Shown here: positions 12,161 to 25,286 of the stretch, piece by piece
How the letters are laid out: the number at the start of each line of letters is the position of its first letter
Numbering within the stretch: the first letter of the stretch is position 1
From: Thelocarpon superellum
Taxonomy: Eukaryota
Length of the DNA stretch: 64,000 nt
Assembly: GCA_026025795.1 (NCBI GenBank)
Contig: JAPEUG010000030.1
Span: forward strand, 1 to 64,000
Direction of reading: 5' to 3'
The notes under the pieces: generated by a model
Seen by the model: only the letters and a program-made list of their open reading frames with translations
Told to the model about the DNA's origin: nothing
Database searches by the model: none
Program-made: the position numbers and the translations under genes

Positions 12161-13474
12161 CTTCACGTCGAGTTGCGATAGATCGGTCGCCGGGAGTCAC
12201 GATTGCTGGATCACTAGAAGCACGCCAGTGTGCTGTACCATCGATTGGAGGTGACAGCTCTCTTATGGAGATGGAGGCTGACATGGACCACGCACTAAAT
12301 GACGCATCGAATGGCAGCTGCAGCAGCAGGAGCAGGAGGAACATGGGAAATGGGAAATGGAAGTGCATGGGGTCCACGCTTCATCATGAGCATGTGCATG
12401 GTGCGTGGGATGGGCCCAGCGAGCGTCGGTTCCACTGTCTTGTGAAATGGTCAATCCTTTCGTCCGTCTCGAGGCGTCCGTGACGCACGAGAAGGAGTCG
12501 CGGTGGAGAAACGCTATGGTCGCTGCCATTCGCCCGAGTTGCTCTCGTGGTCAGTCACCAGTATCCTGGATTCTCGTGGACGAGTACGAGATGGAGTGAC
12601 CAAGGCTGGCGGTCCGAGCCATGTGCTCTATCCCACGTGGAATCGGACATGGCTGGTCGTCGTCTGCGCTGGGCTGGTCGCACGCGCTTTTCGACGGATG
12701 AGTACGAGTAACATACATCATCCACACGTCGGTCGACATTCGAAGGAAAGTCCTACCACTTTACTCCGCGCACGAGCAGCCTTCGCTTGCCCCGGCCATC
12801 GTTGGGCCCACTCAGTCCCTCCGTGATTCAATTGGATAGGCATACGAATGAGCAGGGATCAACCTGGCCCTACGCGTGGTCGCGCGTGGGTAATCCATGG
12901 CAGGAAGTACACCGCCGGCTAGGCACAAGAGGGAAGGAGCTTGAAGCGGGAGGGAGATTGTGACTGGTGACTTCAGCGACAGGCGAATCCGCCCCAGTAC
13001 TACGAGGACGAGTACGGGTGCCTGTAAGATGGACCAAGTCTTCCGTGGCGCAGATTATGGAGCATGGCGGTCACCAGCAACCATCTCCGCCTAGTCAAAG
13101 TACTGCTACAATAGATTCAAGACAAAAAGATTTCCAATGTCTCCATGACGCCCTGTGAAATGCATTGTCACTAGCCCCCTCGCTGCTTATCACGATCGCT
13201 CCAGGACAGTGAATGTCGAGACGTGCGGGTCACGTGGTCGCGGCCTCTCCTTCCCGGATTAGGAATCAGCCAGAGACGAAAGACGGCGGGAAGAAAAAGC
13301 CAGGATCAAGTAATGTGACCTTGGACCGTCCGACCATCGACACATCAATCCATCATGGATACATGAAGTGCCGGTGCGACCGGCTCAAAACAGTCTCCGT
13401 CCTTTTTCCTTCCTAGTCCATCCCGATGTATTCATTTCCCTGTCGTCTCTGACTGGCGTGAGCCGTTTGGGGCC

Positions 13475-16400
13475 ATGTCCGACACGCTGGTGCCGACCCC
13501 TGCACATCGTGCAGCTCCGGGGCAGAATGCTCCCCTAAAGGACTCAGGTTTTCATGTTGTTCCCGCCATCTCCACTCTTTCCACTCCCGTCGAGCAGGAC
13601 CATTTGCGCGGGCGGTCCGACTTTCCACATCTACCTTCGGCTGATCATGCATCTTCCAAGCTGCCCAACGTCACCCATCATTTGGCCCTTTACAGGGATT
13701 CTGACCCGGCCACCACCGCAAATCACTCCCTCCCACCACCTCCACTCAACGGTGCGGACAAGCCTGGGAGCTCCCCTGTTCAGAACTCTTATCACCAACG
13801 TCCATCCTCTCCGGAGCTCGCGGGCTCAAATGCTGAGCCAAAGCGGAGCTCGGCGGAGGGTGTCAATGGGCCGCTCATTTCCAAGAATGAACAGAGCACG
13901 GCTTCTGCCTCGCTCAGTTCAGATGACCCGACGGAAGCCAATAACAAAGGCCGCTATGTACTCATGCCAGTCGAGTTTGACGTTTCGGACATTCGGACCA
14001 GGGTGAAGACGACGGGAGTCAGAGCACCACATACGAGCACCAACGGGACCGCTGAAAAGACGCACCAGCGTCTCCCTCGACCGGATAGCCTCACACCCTC
14101 TCCCGTGGTATCGGGCCTCGATGTGCCATCGCCTCTTTCGGAAGAGGGTGGGCCTCGGGGCAAGCGATCCACCCCCTCGTCTATACGTCCTCGTTTCGCA
14201 TCCCCCCCCTGGACCACGTCAGGCATCCTTCGTCCCAAAGCCTCCATCCCCCCCCACTTGTCGCCGGAAGAGTATGCGAGACAATGCATCATTGCAGCCT
14301 ACTCCTCTCGGCTCAATCCGTTCGCACTTCATCCGGAAGAGCACCGGATGTTGCGAGAGCACATCAATCATCAGCAGGTCACGACCTACCTGAACATTCG
14401 GAATGGTGTCCTCCGTCTCTGGACGCGAAATCCCCTCGTCAGCGTGACGCGAGAGGAAGCGGCGGGATGTGCGAGGGATTATCGATGGCTCCAGGTGGCC
14501 GAGGTGGCCCACGAATGGCTGGTCCGCCGTGGGTATATCAATTTTGGATGCGCCGAGATGGTCGGCAGTTTTCATGTCAAGGCTCCGCACCCGTCTCCGG
14601 AGCATGTGTCGCGACGCCAGACGATCGTCGTTATCGGGGCGGGCATGGCCGGCTTGGGTTGTGCGCGGCAACTGCAGGGTCTGTTCACGCAGCTGGCCCA
14701 TCGTTGGGTGAGCCGAGGGGAGCAAGTTCCTCGCGTGGTGGTGCTGGAGGGCCGCAACCGTGTTGGTGGCCGCATCTACTCCCATCCCGTTCATACCCAG
14801 GTCCCAGACCAACGTCACCCGACCTTACGCTGTACCGCGGACATGGGAGCGCAGATCATCACCGGATTTGAGCATGGGAACCCGCTGAATGCCGTCATTC
14901 GTGGACAGCTGGGCTTGCACTACCACCCACTCAAAGACAATTCTATCCTCCATGATTCCGACGGGGCCGTGGTGGACAAAGATCGTGACCAGTGGGTGGA
15001 GAAGCTCTTCAACGACATCTTGGAGCATGCCAGCCGATATCGTCACAAGATCCCAACGCTGCAGACCGTTGAAGGCGACAAGGACTTGATCGAATTGGGT
15101 AAGGATCCTACAGGTGAGGGCGGGAAGCGGATCAGCGTCGTGGAAGATGCGGCCGCCACGATTCCCCTGGTGGGAACCGGTTCACTGTCAACCAGACTTG
15201 GCAGCGATGAGCCCGCGGTCATTGGTGATGATCGTATCAGGAATGTCCCCACGCGCTCGACTTTGCCGCCCCAACCGCCACACTCAGTGACGTCACCCCC
15301 CTTTGACCTGGACGCGTCAGTCAAATCGAGCGAGCCCCCGACCCTGGGTGTCATCATGGACGACGCGGTGAAGCAGTGTCAAGGTAGCCTCGGATTGAAG
15401 GCGCAGGATCTGCGGCTCTTAAATTGGCACTTCGCCAACCTGGAGTATGCCAATGCGGCGAATGTCAATGATCTCAGCTTGGAAGGATGGGACCAGGATA
15501 TCGGTAACGAGTTCGAGGGAGCGCATGCCGTGGTCATAGGCGGATATCTCCAGGTCCCTCGAGGACTATGGCAATGTCCTTCGCCCCTTGACCTTCGTCG
15601 CCACAAGGTGGTGGCAAGGGTCACCGCCGTCGCCCACCCCACAACGGGTTCCTCCGGTATGACCGTCACCTGCCAAGATGGCGAGGTCTTTCAGGCCGAC
15701 CACGTGGTGTCGACCTTACCGCTGGGGGTGATGAAAGCACAAGCAGTGCAATTCGAGCCGCCGCTGCCGTCATGGAAGACAGGCTGCATCGACCGCCTCG
15801 GATTCGGAACGCTTAACAAGGTAGGCTTCGTCGCAACGAGAAGGCGCATCGCAGGCGGTGGCTTATTTGCGCAGGTCGTCCTCATCTATGAGCAAGCATT
15901 TTGGGACGAGGACCGTGATATGTTCGGTCTTCTGCGTGACCCGACCGTCGACGGGAGCCTTGATCAGGCCGACTACGCGGAGAAGCGGGGTCGCTTCTAT
16001 CTCTTCTGGAATTGCATCAAGACTAGTGGATGTCCAATGCTGGGTATGATTTCCACGTGCTTGGAACATATGATCCACGCAGGGGCTGACCACGACTCCC
16101 AGTGGCCCTTATGGCTGGCGACGCCGCGTACCAGACGGAAGCTGGTGCGGACCATGAGATCATATGTGAGGCGACGAAAGTCTTGGCGACGATGTTTACA
16201 GGGACGCTGGTGCCGGCACCCTCGGAGGTGATCATCAGCCGGTGGTGCAAAGATCGCTTTGCGCGAGGCACGTACTCGTACATGGGACCGCGAGCACTGC
16301 CGGAGGACTATGACCTCATGGCCAAACCCGTGGGCAATCTCCATTTTGCCGGTGAGGCGACGTGCGGCACACATCCGGCCACGGTGCATGGGGCGTATCT

Positions 16401-17025
16401 GTCGGGGCTTCGAGCGGCGCACGAGGTGGTGGGATCTCTTCTCGGTCCTATCCACGTTCCCACGCCTCTGGTGGCACCAAAAATCCAGTCGGAGAGCCCA
16501 TCCAAGATGACAGGAGAGAAGCGCAAGGTGGCGGACGCTGCGTGGCAGGGAGCCGAGCGCATGCGAGAAGCACGCGAGAAGGAGGTCGCCATGGCCGTGT
16601 TGGAGCGGATTGGCGAACGACCGGTGCAAGGGGAGCGGTCGACGGCGAACCCCTATCTGCTCTACCAAAAGGATAATTGGCATCTCTGCAAAGACCGGTG
16701 CGACGAGGCGCGACGTCGGGCGACGAAGAATCCCGTCGCCAAAGCGACGCGTAACGAGGTGCGCGCCGCGCTGGGTCAGATGTGGCGTGACGCGCCGGTG
16801 GAGGAGAAGCAACCCTATCTTGAGCACTCGTCGAGCAACAAGCAGAGGAATTCCGTCAACGACACTCACTTCAAGGCGAGGCTGTTGGAGTGGGATCGCA
16901 AGGCGGACGAGATTCGGCGAGAGCACCTGGCGCGGCTGAGCCAGCAGAGTGATGGAAGCCCGAGCAAAAAGATGCGGGCCACGGTAGCGCCGCCGGATCA
17001 CCTGCGACCACTCCGTGAGATATGA
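13475..17025 (+). CDS. LSD1: LSD1/Aof2-like FAD-dependent histone lysine demethylase: SWIRM + amine oxidase + C-terminal HMG-box-like domain (introns 15821-15874, 16044-16102)
   Basis: SWIRM (YLNIRNGVLRLW...GYINFG), VIGAGMAGL, LEGRNRVGGR, DMGAQIITG, GFGTLNK, FAGEATCGTHPATVHGAYLSG, HMG-like ANPYLLYQK...LGQMWRDAPVEEKQPY. Confidence 0.9.
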
Positions 17026-17979
17026 TACAGCGCGGTGCATGAAGCTATCATACTAACATAGGTGTGATACGCCAAGACGTGAGGCTGGATGGAGAGGAGC
17101 CGGGTGGTCGACCTGTACACTTATATCACAGAGGCGGGTGGCCATTTGCAAGCATGGCAACCGCCGGCGTTCTCAGAGCAGAGGGAGGTCCTTTGTCCCA
17201 GATCTACGGCGGAGGAGTGCCAGCAAGCCCCTGAGGTGGGCCGTGGTGGTACATCACATATGAGTACATTTTACCCGGTGCGATTGAGTGCGAGGCACGA
17301 GATACATCTCAGCGTTTGTTCGTATCAGTATGTCCGAGCACTCGACGTAGACGGTAATTCTCATATCGGATAGGTATGAAGTTATTGATTGACAGCGCCA
17401 ATGGACGGGATAATAGTAAGGAAAAAAGAAAATAGGGCAATATTAGCGGCACTTGGACGATTTAAAGCACTGCGATTCTCTGATTTGTCCACGCTCAGCG
17501 GCCTGACTATGATCTTTAATTGAAATATTGATCGACGTTTCGAGTCAATTAGTTGATAATCACTCACGTGACAGGAGATATCTTGTTCATGCTCGCGTTC
17601 CTGTTCGTATTAACGATTCTATCTTCTATGGTAAGACCCTCCTACAGATGCTCAGAAGCAAGAAATGGCTGTGGGCTGTCGCCGGCGATAAGACGACTTT
17701 CACATGTCACATGACCATCGATTGTTTCATTTCACGTGCGTAGGGTTCCTTCACTCGTTCAATCCTCATTCCTCATTCCCAATTTCCCAAGCGTATCCCT
17801 TGTTATTCCCAGCCCCAGCGCCGACCCCAGCCCGTCTCGGACCGTCCCGGACATTAGGCTCCATATATACATCATATGTGCTTCGTATATACACCCTCTT
17901 CTTAGCCTACCGTGGATATGGACAATTTGCTCATCCCTGGATGTCATGCCGAGTGACCCCTCCGCACGTATGGTCCTCG

Positions 17980-19368
17980 TCAAACTATCCCATCGTGTGG
18001 TACGAGTTTCTTCTCGTCTGTCATCATGCCGGGGCTCTTCTCGCTCGCCCCTCTCGTTTCCAGGTGGATGGCGGCGTAGTCGCCTCGTTCCATGTCGAGG
18101 TCCAGGTCCTCGTCTTGCTCGTTCCACCGGTTCAAATTCGCCCTGGGCGATTCAAACGTCGGTTTCGCTCTCGGCGACATCGTACTCGAGGGCTGGCTCC
18201 CTTGTGAAGGCACGCTGCTTTTGCTGCGCGCGCTGTACTCCCGGATGCTGATCCATTTTCCATCACGGAGGAGCCGCAACGGGCGTTGCGAACCGCTGCT
18301 GCCCGAGCTTAACGACAATGTGAAGACGCGACGAAACAAGGGCCGCATGGTGGGGAGACAGGCACACAGCATGCCAAGCGAGAGCTCCGAAATGGTCCAG
18401 TACGCCGTGTTGATGTAGGTCCCTGCGTGATAGTCGTGTCAGATCTCTTCATATCGCCTTGGACGGGGAGGGGTCTGGGCACGCACAGGTCCGATCAAAG
18501 TCGTCGATCTGGTAGAAGGCCACGATGCGGAAGACAGTGCAGATGAAGACGAGACTCCCCAGCGCGAAGATGGCTGACACGACGATTTTCTGCTGTCGAG
18601 AGATGCACAGATTCCAGATGATGGGCATGGGCGAGATCAGCACGACGAGGTCAGTGCACACGTTGAGGGACGCGTGCGCCACGTAGGACTTGACATCGCT
18701 GACGCATTGTGCCGGCTGGTTGATGTCCCAGAAGCCGTTGATCGGCATGCAGAAGAAGACGGAGGTGAAGATGGCGGCGAGAGCCTGGAACGCAACGAAG
18801 ACGGTCCAGAAGCGGATGAAAAGTTGGAATCGACGGATGACAAACACCCGATGGAAGAGCAGCAGGATGGAGATCTTGATGAGGGGATAGGCAGCGGAGT
18901 AGACGATCAGGAAGGCGTACAGGAGCTATGGCACGTCTCATGAGTGCTGTGCCCAGCTTCTCCCGTGACGGTGCACTCACCTTGAGGTCTCGTTCGAGCG
19001 TGGAGACGGACAGGATGACTTGGTGCCGGCCCAGCCCACTGGGATACACTACCCAGTCCAGAATTAGCAGAGACGACCGAGCGGAGCCCCGGGACCGCAA
19101 GCTTACACATGAAGGCAATGATGATGAAGGCGGCATAGGTCACCGCAAGGGCGACGATGGTGACCCAGTCATCTGCCCCCAGCGGCGTGCGGGACATGCG
19201 CCGTGAGTAGAATCGCAGGCTGACGGCAATGGTAGAAATGACGACGCCGACGAAGAGAACAATTTTGAGGCCGAGCGACCGGTCCTCGTCTTGATGCGCC
19301 AGCTGATACTCGATCGACTGGATGCCCGCGGGCGACGTTAGCGACGCGGCCACGGCTGCAGCGGCCAT
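17980..19368 (-). CDS. Pth11-like / fungal rhodopsin-domain integral membrane receptor without CFEM (3 introns)
   Basis: AVSLRFYSR...GADDW, GLGRHQV, KISILLLFHRVF, CMPINGFWD...QC, NVCTDLVVLISPMPIIWNL, W-TISE...LCACLPTMRPLF, followed by a disordered tail. Confidence 0.85.
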
Positions 19369-21460
19369 GATGTCGTGAGGCAGGACGCAATGCACCAACG
19401 CGGTGGCGAACGGAGTCCGTGAAGCGTCCCGCGAGGAGTTCCGTACAACCTGTATAAATATATATGCCGGCCCCTTTGCAGCTATGCACGGCCACGGCTT
19501 GGAATGGCCCGTGCCTAACTAAAGAGAAGTAGTGCCACGGCCTAAGGGGCGGACGGCACACGGAGCGAACGAGGCTGACGTGCCTCGCGTTCAACACACC
19601 AGCTCCGATATACTCTAGACGGAGATTCGTACAGACCCGATGATCTTTGCACAAGCAGCTCTCCGGCTTGTACACGGCGATGCAATTGTGCAAAGCCGTG
19701 CAAACGCAAAGGGTAACACTGTCGTCGTGAGTCCTCATATCTGGGGGCGTTGGTGTCTCTCCCTCACACCTTACATCTCACACTAGAGACAGGCGACGTT
19801 AGTGTGGGACGAAAGCCCGGGCGAAACAGAACTCAAACCGATGGCCATGTAGAGATCGACCTCGTACCGCGAGATCCACATGGCTAACGCAAGGTATCCT
19901 GGTCAGAAGCCCGCGGCGACTCGCAGAGAGTCGACAGCATCTCTGCGACTCAGACGACACCCGGGCGTCTTCGGAAAAGGCCAAGCCGGCAGGACTCCTT
20001 TCTCAGTGGCGTGTTCGCCACTGAGCTAGCCACCTTCCGTGTGGGACGGGACGGTGCACCGATATCGAATGCCTACACAACTGCCATTCTGACAGCCGAC
20101 AATTTGCCGGATGGGAAATAGGAGTCGCCAGACTGCGCACGGGCCTGAAGGGGGCCCGTCTCCCCAGGGCGGTCAAGATGGCCGGTGCGGAAGTCCTCGG
20201 ACGGTAAACGAATCACGTTCGCCACGACGCACGGGCCAAGAAGCGGGAAGTACGGACTGCTCGTACTCGTAGTGGGTGACTACTGGACTCTGCAGCGCCG
20301 GCAAAAGCCAATTCGGCGCATCACGCGATGTGGCTGTCATACAAAGCTGGGGACTGTGCGTGTAAAGCATACTCGTACTTGTAAATGAACTCGCCATTGG
20401 AGGGCACTAGCTCTTGCCCGAGTCAAGGCTCGATGCAATGGTGGCGCATTGGTGCCCAGGGGAGTGCCCAGCCCGTGCGGATTGACAGCGGGGCTGTTGC
20501 ATTGGTGTAACCCGTGATTGCATAAAGTCTCCCGTGGGTTCCTGTCGATCTATGCCGACCTTTAGCCGGCGGTGTGGTCGATCAGCTGCCGAACACGCCG
20601 CGAACACATTGAGATTTTCCTCTAATTTAGCGTACGGAATACCGGTCTCTGCATGCAGGATGGTGGGGAGCACGGTGCGATGAAGGGAACGGCAAATGCT
20701 TGCTCTTGTGGGGCGATGAAGAGCGCATGCTGATCAGCTTGCCCGAGCTCTTGAGCATACGTCCGAGAGGTCAGTCCCGACGCCCTCGGTGAATCTTCTC
20801 TCCAGTTGTTGCGAAAACGCTTCGTAGAGCAATGGAACATCGACGCAGAGGAAAGATGCCCTTTTCGCTGAGATACGCCTCGGACTCCACGAGAGCGATG
20901 CGTGACTTTGATGCAAACGTGGACCCGTGATGAGGTACTGTTGGAGCGCCATCGCTTCACGCCTCGCACGAGTTCCGTACGATATGAGGCGGCGGAGGAG
21001 TTCTTCCGCGTGGGGTAGCGATCCTGCTATGGAGGGTGCAGAGTTGCCGACCGCTCATGGCCTGCCCTCACCCCGCGGCTGTCGGCGCACCGGCCACTGA
21101 CGGGCCAGTGACGATTCCACGATTGTCGCCCCCTCGCGATCGGAGTAGCGAGGAGGTTCCAACGGGCGTTTCCTCTAAAACGGCTCGGTCGGCGATCCTT
21201 GACCGCTTACCCAATCACCTCTCACCGCCGACCGCGCCGCGGCGGCCAAGGCGTCCGCGAACGAGGCTTTCCTATCCGAGTGGCACTGCCGCTCCTGCCC
21301 CAGGATCCATCAATCACTCACGAGGCCTCGTCCAGTGCCATCAGATGCCGCCTGATTGGGAGTCCGTCTTCCATCCCCCAGCCAGCGGTGACGCTGGGCC
21401 ACCGATGCCCGCTGCGGTGCACGTGGCACCTGCACTGTTAGTCTAATCCGTCCCGCGGCC

Positions 21461-24035
21461 ATGTCGTCGTTCTTCGGCAAACTGCGCGGAAGTACCGTAC
21501 GTCCTCTGTTGACCTCCCCTTGTTCTGTTCGCCCTGTTCGTCCGGCTCGTGCGCTACGCGCTGTGCACCTGCGTGGCCTGTTTACGTGGTGCAGCGCGAT
21601 GCATACCCGATTCCGTCCTGCTCCCCTGGACGGGATGGAGGACGCGATGGAGTTCGGAGTGGACCAAGGAAGGATGGCCCGTCATAGCTAACGCACCGCC
21701 ACCCCTCAGGGTCCCGCGAGTCCGTCCGCCGGAGGCTCACCGTCCAAGAAAGATTCGCTGTTCTCATCCACGACCCCGCTGGATAAGCTACTCGAGGGTG
21801 CTGGGCCCATCCGCAGCGATGGCAGCGATAAATTCTTTGGCATGGAAAATGTAAGGAAGGATGTCTCCCAGACCCGAGCTTCGCTGATGAGGCGCGCCCG
21901 TCTAGTTTGGGAACACCTGGTCCGTCGTGTGAACTCACCCAGTCAACGCGACCGCCGAATTGACGCTCCCGTGTAGCTACTGCAATTCCATCTTACAATG
22001 TCTCTACTACTCCGCCCCCTTCCGGGAGCAGGTCATCCAATACCCCAAGCGCTCCCCGCCCCAGTCGCTGCAACGCCCAGCGGAGGAGAAGCTGCAGCTC
22101 CACACCAACGGGACATTGCCGACCCCACCTACCGGCTTCGCCCTCTCTCCCAGCCGACTGGCCGCGGCGGGGGTCACCAGTCCACAGAAAAAGTCCCCAC
22201 AGGCCCCACACTCGCCGAATCCGCCCGGCATCCGGCCCGAAGACCGACCGGATGCACCGGAATACAAGAAGAAGTACGCCATGTTGAATGGGCCGATTTT
22301 GACCATGGACTACGAGAATGCGGCCAACTACGACATGCCCGAATCCCTCTTCACCTCGTTAAAAGACATCTTCGAAGCCATCGTGGCCCATCAGTCCCAT
22401 TCCGGCGTCGTCAGTCCACAGAGATTTCTGGAGAACCTGCGGCGCGAGAACGAGATGTTCCGCTCTTCGATGCATCAAGACGCGCATGAGTTTCTCAACC
22501 TGCTGTTGAATGAAGTGGTGGCCAATGTGGAGGCGAAGACGCTGCTGCTGGAAGAGTCCAAAACGGCCCTTGATGGGCATGGCGATGGCACGGCGCAGTC
22601 GCTGGATTCCGTCGTGGCCGCCACGAAAAAGGCGGCCGTGGCCGTGCCCGGCAAGAAATCGGGCAATACCGACTGGGTGCACGATCTTTTTGAAGGCACG
22701 CTGACGTCGGAGACCCGTTGTTTGACGTGCGAGAACATCTCCCAGCGCGACGAGATCTTCCTGGACCTCTCCGTCGATCTGGACCAGCACTCGTCGGTGA
22801 CGTCGTGCTTGCGCAAGTTCTCCGAGGAGGAGATGCTTTGTGAGCGAAACAAATTCCACTGCGACAACTGCGGGGGCTTGCAGGAGGCGGAGAAGCGCAT
22901 GAAGATCAAACGCCTACCGCGTATCCTCGCCTTGCACCTGAAGCGCTTCAAGTACACGGAAGATCTGCAGCGGCTGCAGAAGCTATTCCACCGCGTCGTC
23001 TACCCCTATCATCTCCGCCTATTCAACACGACCGACGATGCCGAGGATCCGGACCGACTGTACGAGCTGTATGCGGTCGTGGTACACATCGGTGGCGGGC
23101 CCTACCACGGCCATTACGTGTCCATCATCAAGACCAAGGCCCAGGGCTGGCTGTTGTTCGACGACGAGATGGTCGAGCCAGTCGACAAGAGCTACGTGCG
23201 CAACTTCTTTGGCGACCCAGCTCGTCAGGCGTGTGCCTACGTGCTCTTCTACCAGGAGACCACCATCGACGCCGTTCGCCAGGAGCAGGCCTCGGAAGGC
23301 GCGGCGGCCGCCTCGGCGTCGGCGCCTCTGAAGGACGCGGCCGACGTCAAGACCAACGGCAACACCCCCAATCCCTCCTTACATCCGTCGCACTCGATCA
23401 ATCTCCCCGTTGGCGCGGACCACGGCGAGCATCCCATCGGGCTGGAGCACTCGCTCAGCGAGCCGCCCGTCTCTCCTCTCGGCATCTCCTTGAACACGCC
23501 GGTACCAGAGCCATCATCGGTGACGGCAACCTCGCCGGTGATCTCTCCTCAGCGAGGCGAGATCAAGTCGAAAAAGGAACGGGCCGAGGAGGAAAAGCGA
23601 CAGAAACAAGCGGACAAGCAACGAGCCAACGCTCGTGCTACGGAAGACGGCACGACGAAGGGCCACGAGGCGGCCAACGGCACAAGCGGTGGCCTCATGA
23701 GCCACAGCCTGAGTCGCTTCCGCCAAACGAGCAAAAGCATCGGCCGGAAGCCCAAGTTCTGGGCGTCAAAACCCAAAGACGAAGCTCCTCAGGAGTCCAA
23801 AGATTCAGGGAGTGATGTGGCGAGCTCTCGCGGTTCACGCGTTGGCGACCCTGAGGAGCTGGATGGCGTGCCAAGTTTGCCGGTGCCGGTGCCGGTGCCG
23901 GTGCCGGTGCCGGTGCCCAACTCGATTGCGGAGCCGGAGCCGGAGCCGCAGCCGCCGGAGAGAGTCGAACGGCGCGAGAAACCCAAACGATCTCGCTTTA
24001 GCCTGAAGAAGAAGCCCTCCAGCGTGCTGAAATAG
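21461..24035 (+). CDS. creB: Ubiquitin-specific protease CreB/Ubp9-13 (USP12/46-type); introns 21497-21709, 21851-21905, 21920-21976
   Basis: Spliced Cys box [31 protein letters not shown], Zn-finger [16 protein letters not shown], His box [25 protein letters not shown]. Confidence 0.92.
23880..23915 (+). repeat. (CCGGTG)6 coding microsatellite (Pro-Val repeat) in creB tail
   Basis: Six perfect ccggtg units, followed shortly by (gagccg)3 encoding EPEPEP. Confidence 0.95.
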
Positions 24036-24493
24036 ACGCGCTTGGCGAGCTCTGCGACATCTTGCGTCGACGTCTCTCGCGGGACGCCTTGCCACCCGGA
24101 TCGTGCGCGATGCGGTCGGCAGGATCAACGATGACTGTATTGGTGCGCGCGCAAGAGGCTTGGGTCCGGACCACGTGGATGGACCAAGACTTTGGGTTGC
24201 TCCACGGCGTTACAAAGGATAGGATAATGATTGGGCCGTGGTCATGACGTTTATGATAGCGCGAATTGCCGGAATCACGTTGAATGTCATTGTACTTCTA
24301 TTGATATCCGAATAGAGGACAGGCCACCACTACGATCAGAGTGCATGGCCATGAGTTTTTACACGTGGCAAAATGCCCTTTGTCCTGGACGCCCCACCTG
24401 CGTAGATGACTCCAAAAGATGATGTCGCTCGCGCCGTGGCTCCACGTTGCACACCAAATGTCTCCCATCGCCCTTCCCCCTTCCCAAAACCTC

Positions 24494-25007
24494 TCATCCG
24501 AGGACCAGCTCATATGCAATGACCAACGTGTTGATGGCGATCAAAGGTACTGCCGGAGTCCAGACTCGTCAGCGTAGCACGTGCCAGAAAGCCCACGACC
24601 GGACATACTTCTCATTAGAGTCCGCACCGAGGCAATCAGGTTCACCATCTTGGCCTTGACGCTAGTCGAGTCCGCCACGCTTCCGCCGAAGGAGGGTTCA
24701 AAGGACTGAGCCGACCACCCGACTGTCTCGTGTTAGTCTTTCCTACCAGGTGTACCAGGCCGAGAAGAATGCATAGAGGAAAGAGGGCGATCGCGTCCAG
24801 CAGACATGGTGGAGAGTCGAGAGGGCGGAACGAAGTAGCGGAACCTACTTCGGGCGAGAAAGCGGTCCTCGGAAAGGATGGCGATGGCATTGACCAAGAG
24901 AATGGAAACTGGTGGACGAGGATGTTAGCTTACTGACGTCCATGACCCGGTGATCTCACGTTGGCGTGGGAGGTACCATAGAAGAGATTGCCTAGTCCGA
25001 ACAGCAT
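24494..25007 (-). CDS. YOS1: Yos1 / IER3IP1-family ER-Golgi membrane protein, 86 aa, 4 exons (25007-24977, 24908-24849, 24722-24609, 24549-24494)
   Basis: Hand-spliced product MLFGLGNLFYVSILLVNAIAILSEDRFLARIGWSAQSFEPSFGGSVADSTSVKAKMVNLIASVRTLMRIPLIAINTLVIAYELVLG*. All three introns are GT..AG with CTRAC branch sites. Confidence 0.93.
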
Positions 25008-25286
25008 TCTGCCTGATGCACTCGGGCTTCGAGGAACGAGACGTGGAGCAGCTTGGTGGAGACAGGGAGGAAGTCGCGTGGTGGAAAGTCGGGCGTATCG
25101 ATCGATCACCAACATTAACATACGCGTGGGCCAGATCAAGCGACGTAGCCGAGTGACGGGAGAAACGCCAGGCAAGCAGCAGCAACGGAGCTGTCGACGA
25201 CCGAGATCCGTGCGGATGTAGCTTACGGGAGCTGCCACGGCTGGACCAACCATTGAGAGAAGGTGGTCGGTGCCTGCAATGACACG

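Noticed and set aside
15997..17040. 347-aa minus-strand ORF, and similar long antisense ORFs over Fun30, HTS1, dynamitin, MPH1 and TOP1
   Set aside because: Expected by-product of GC3-biased codons on the opposite strand.
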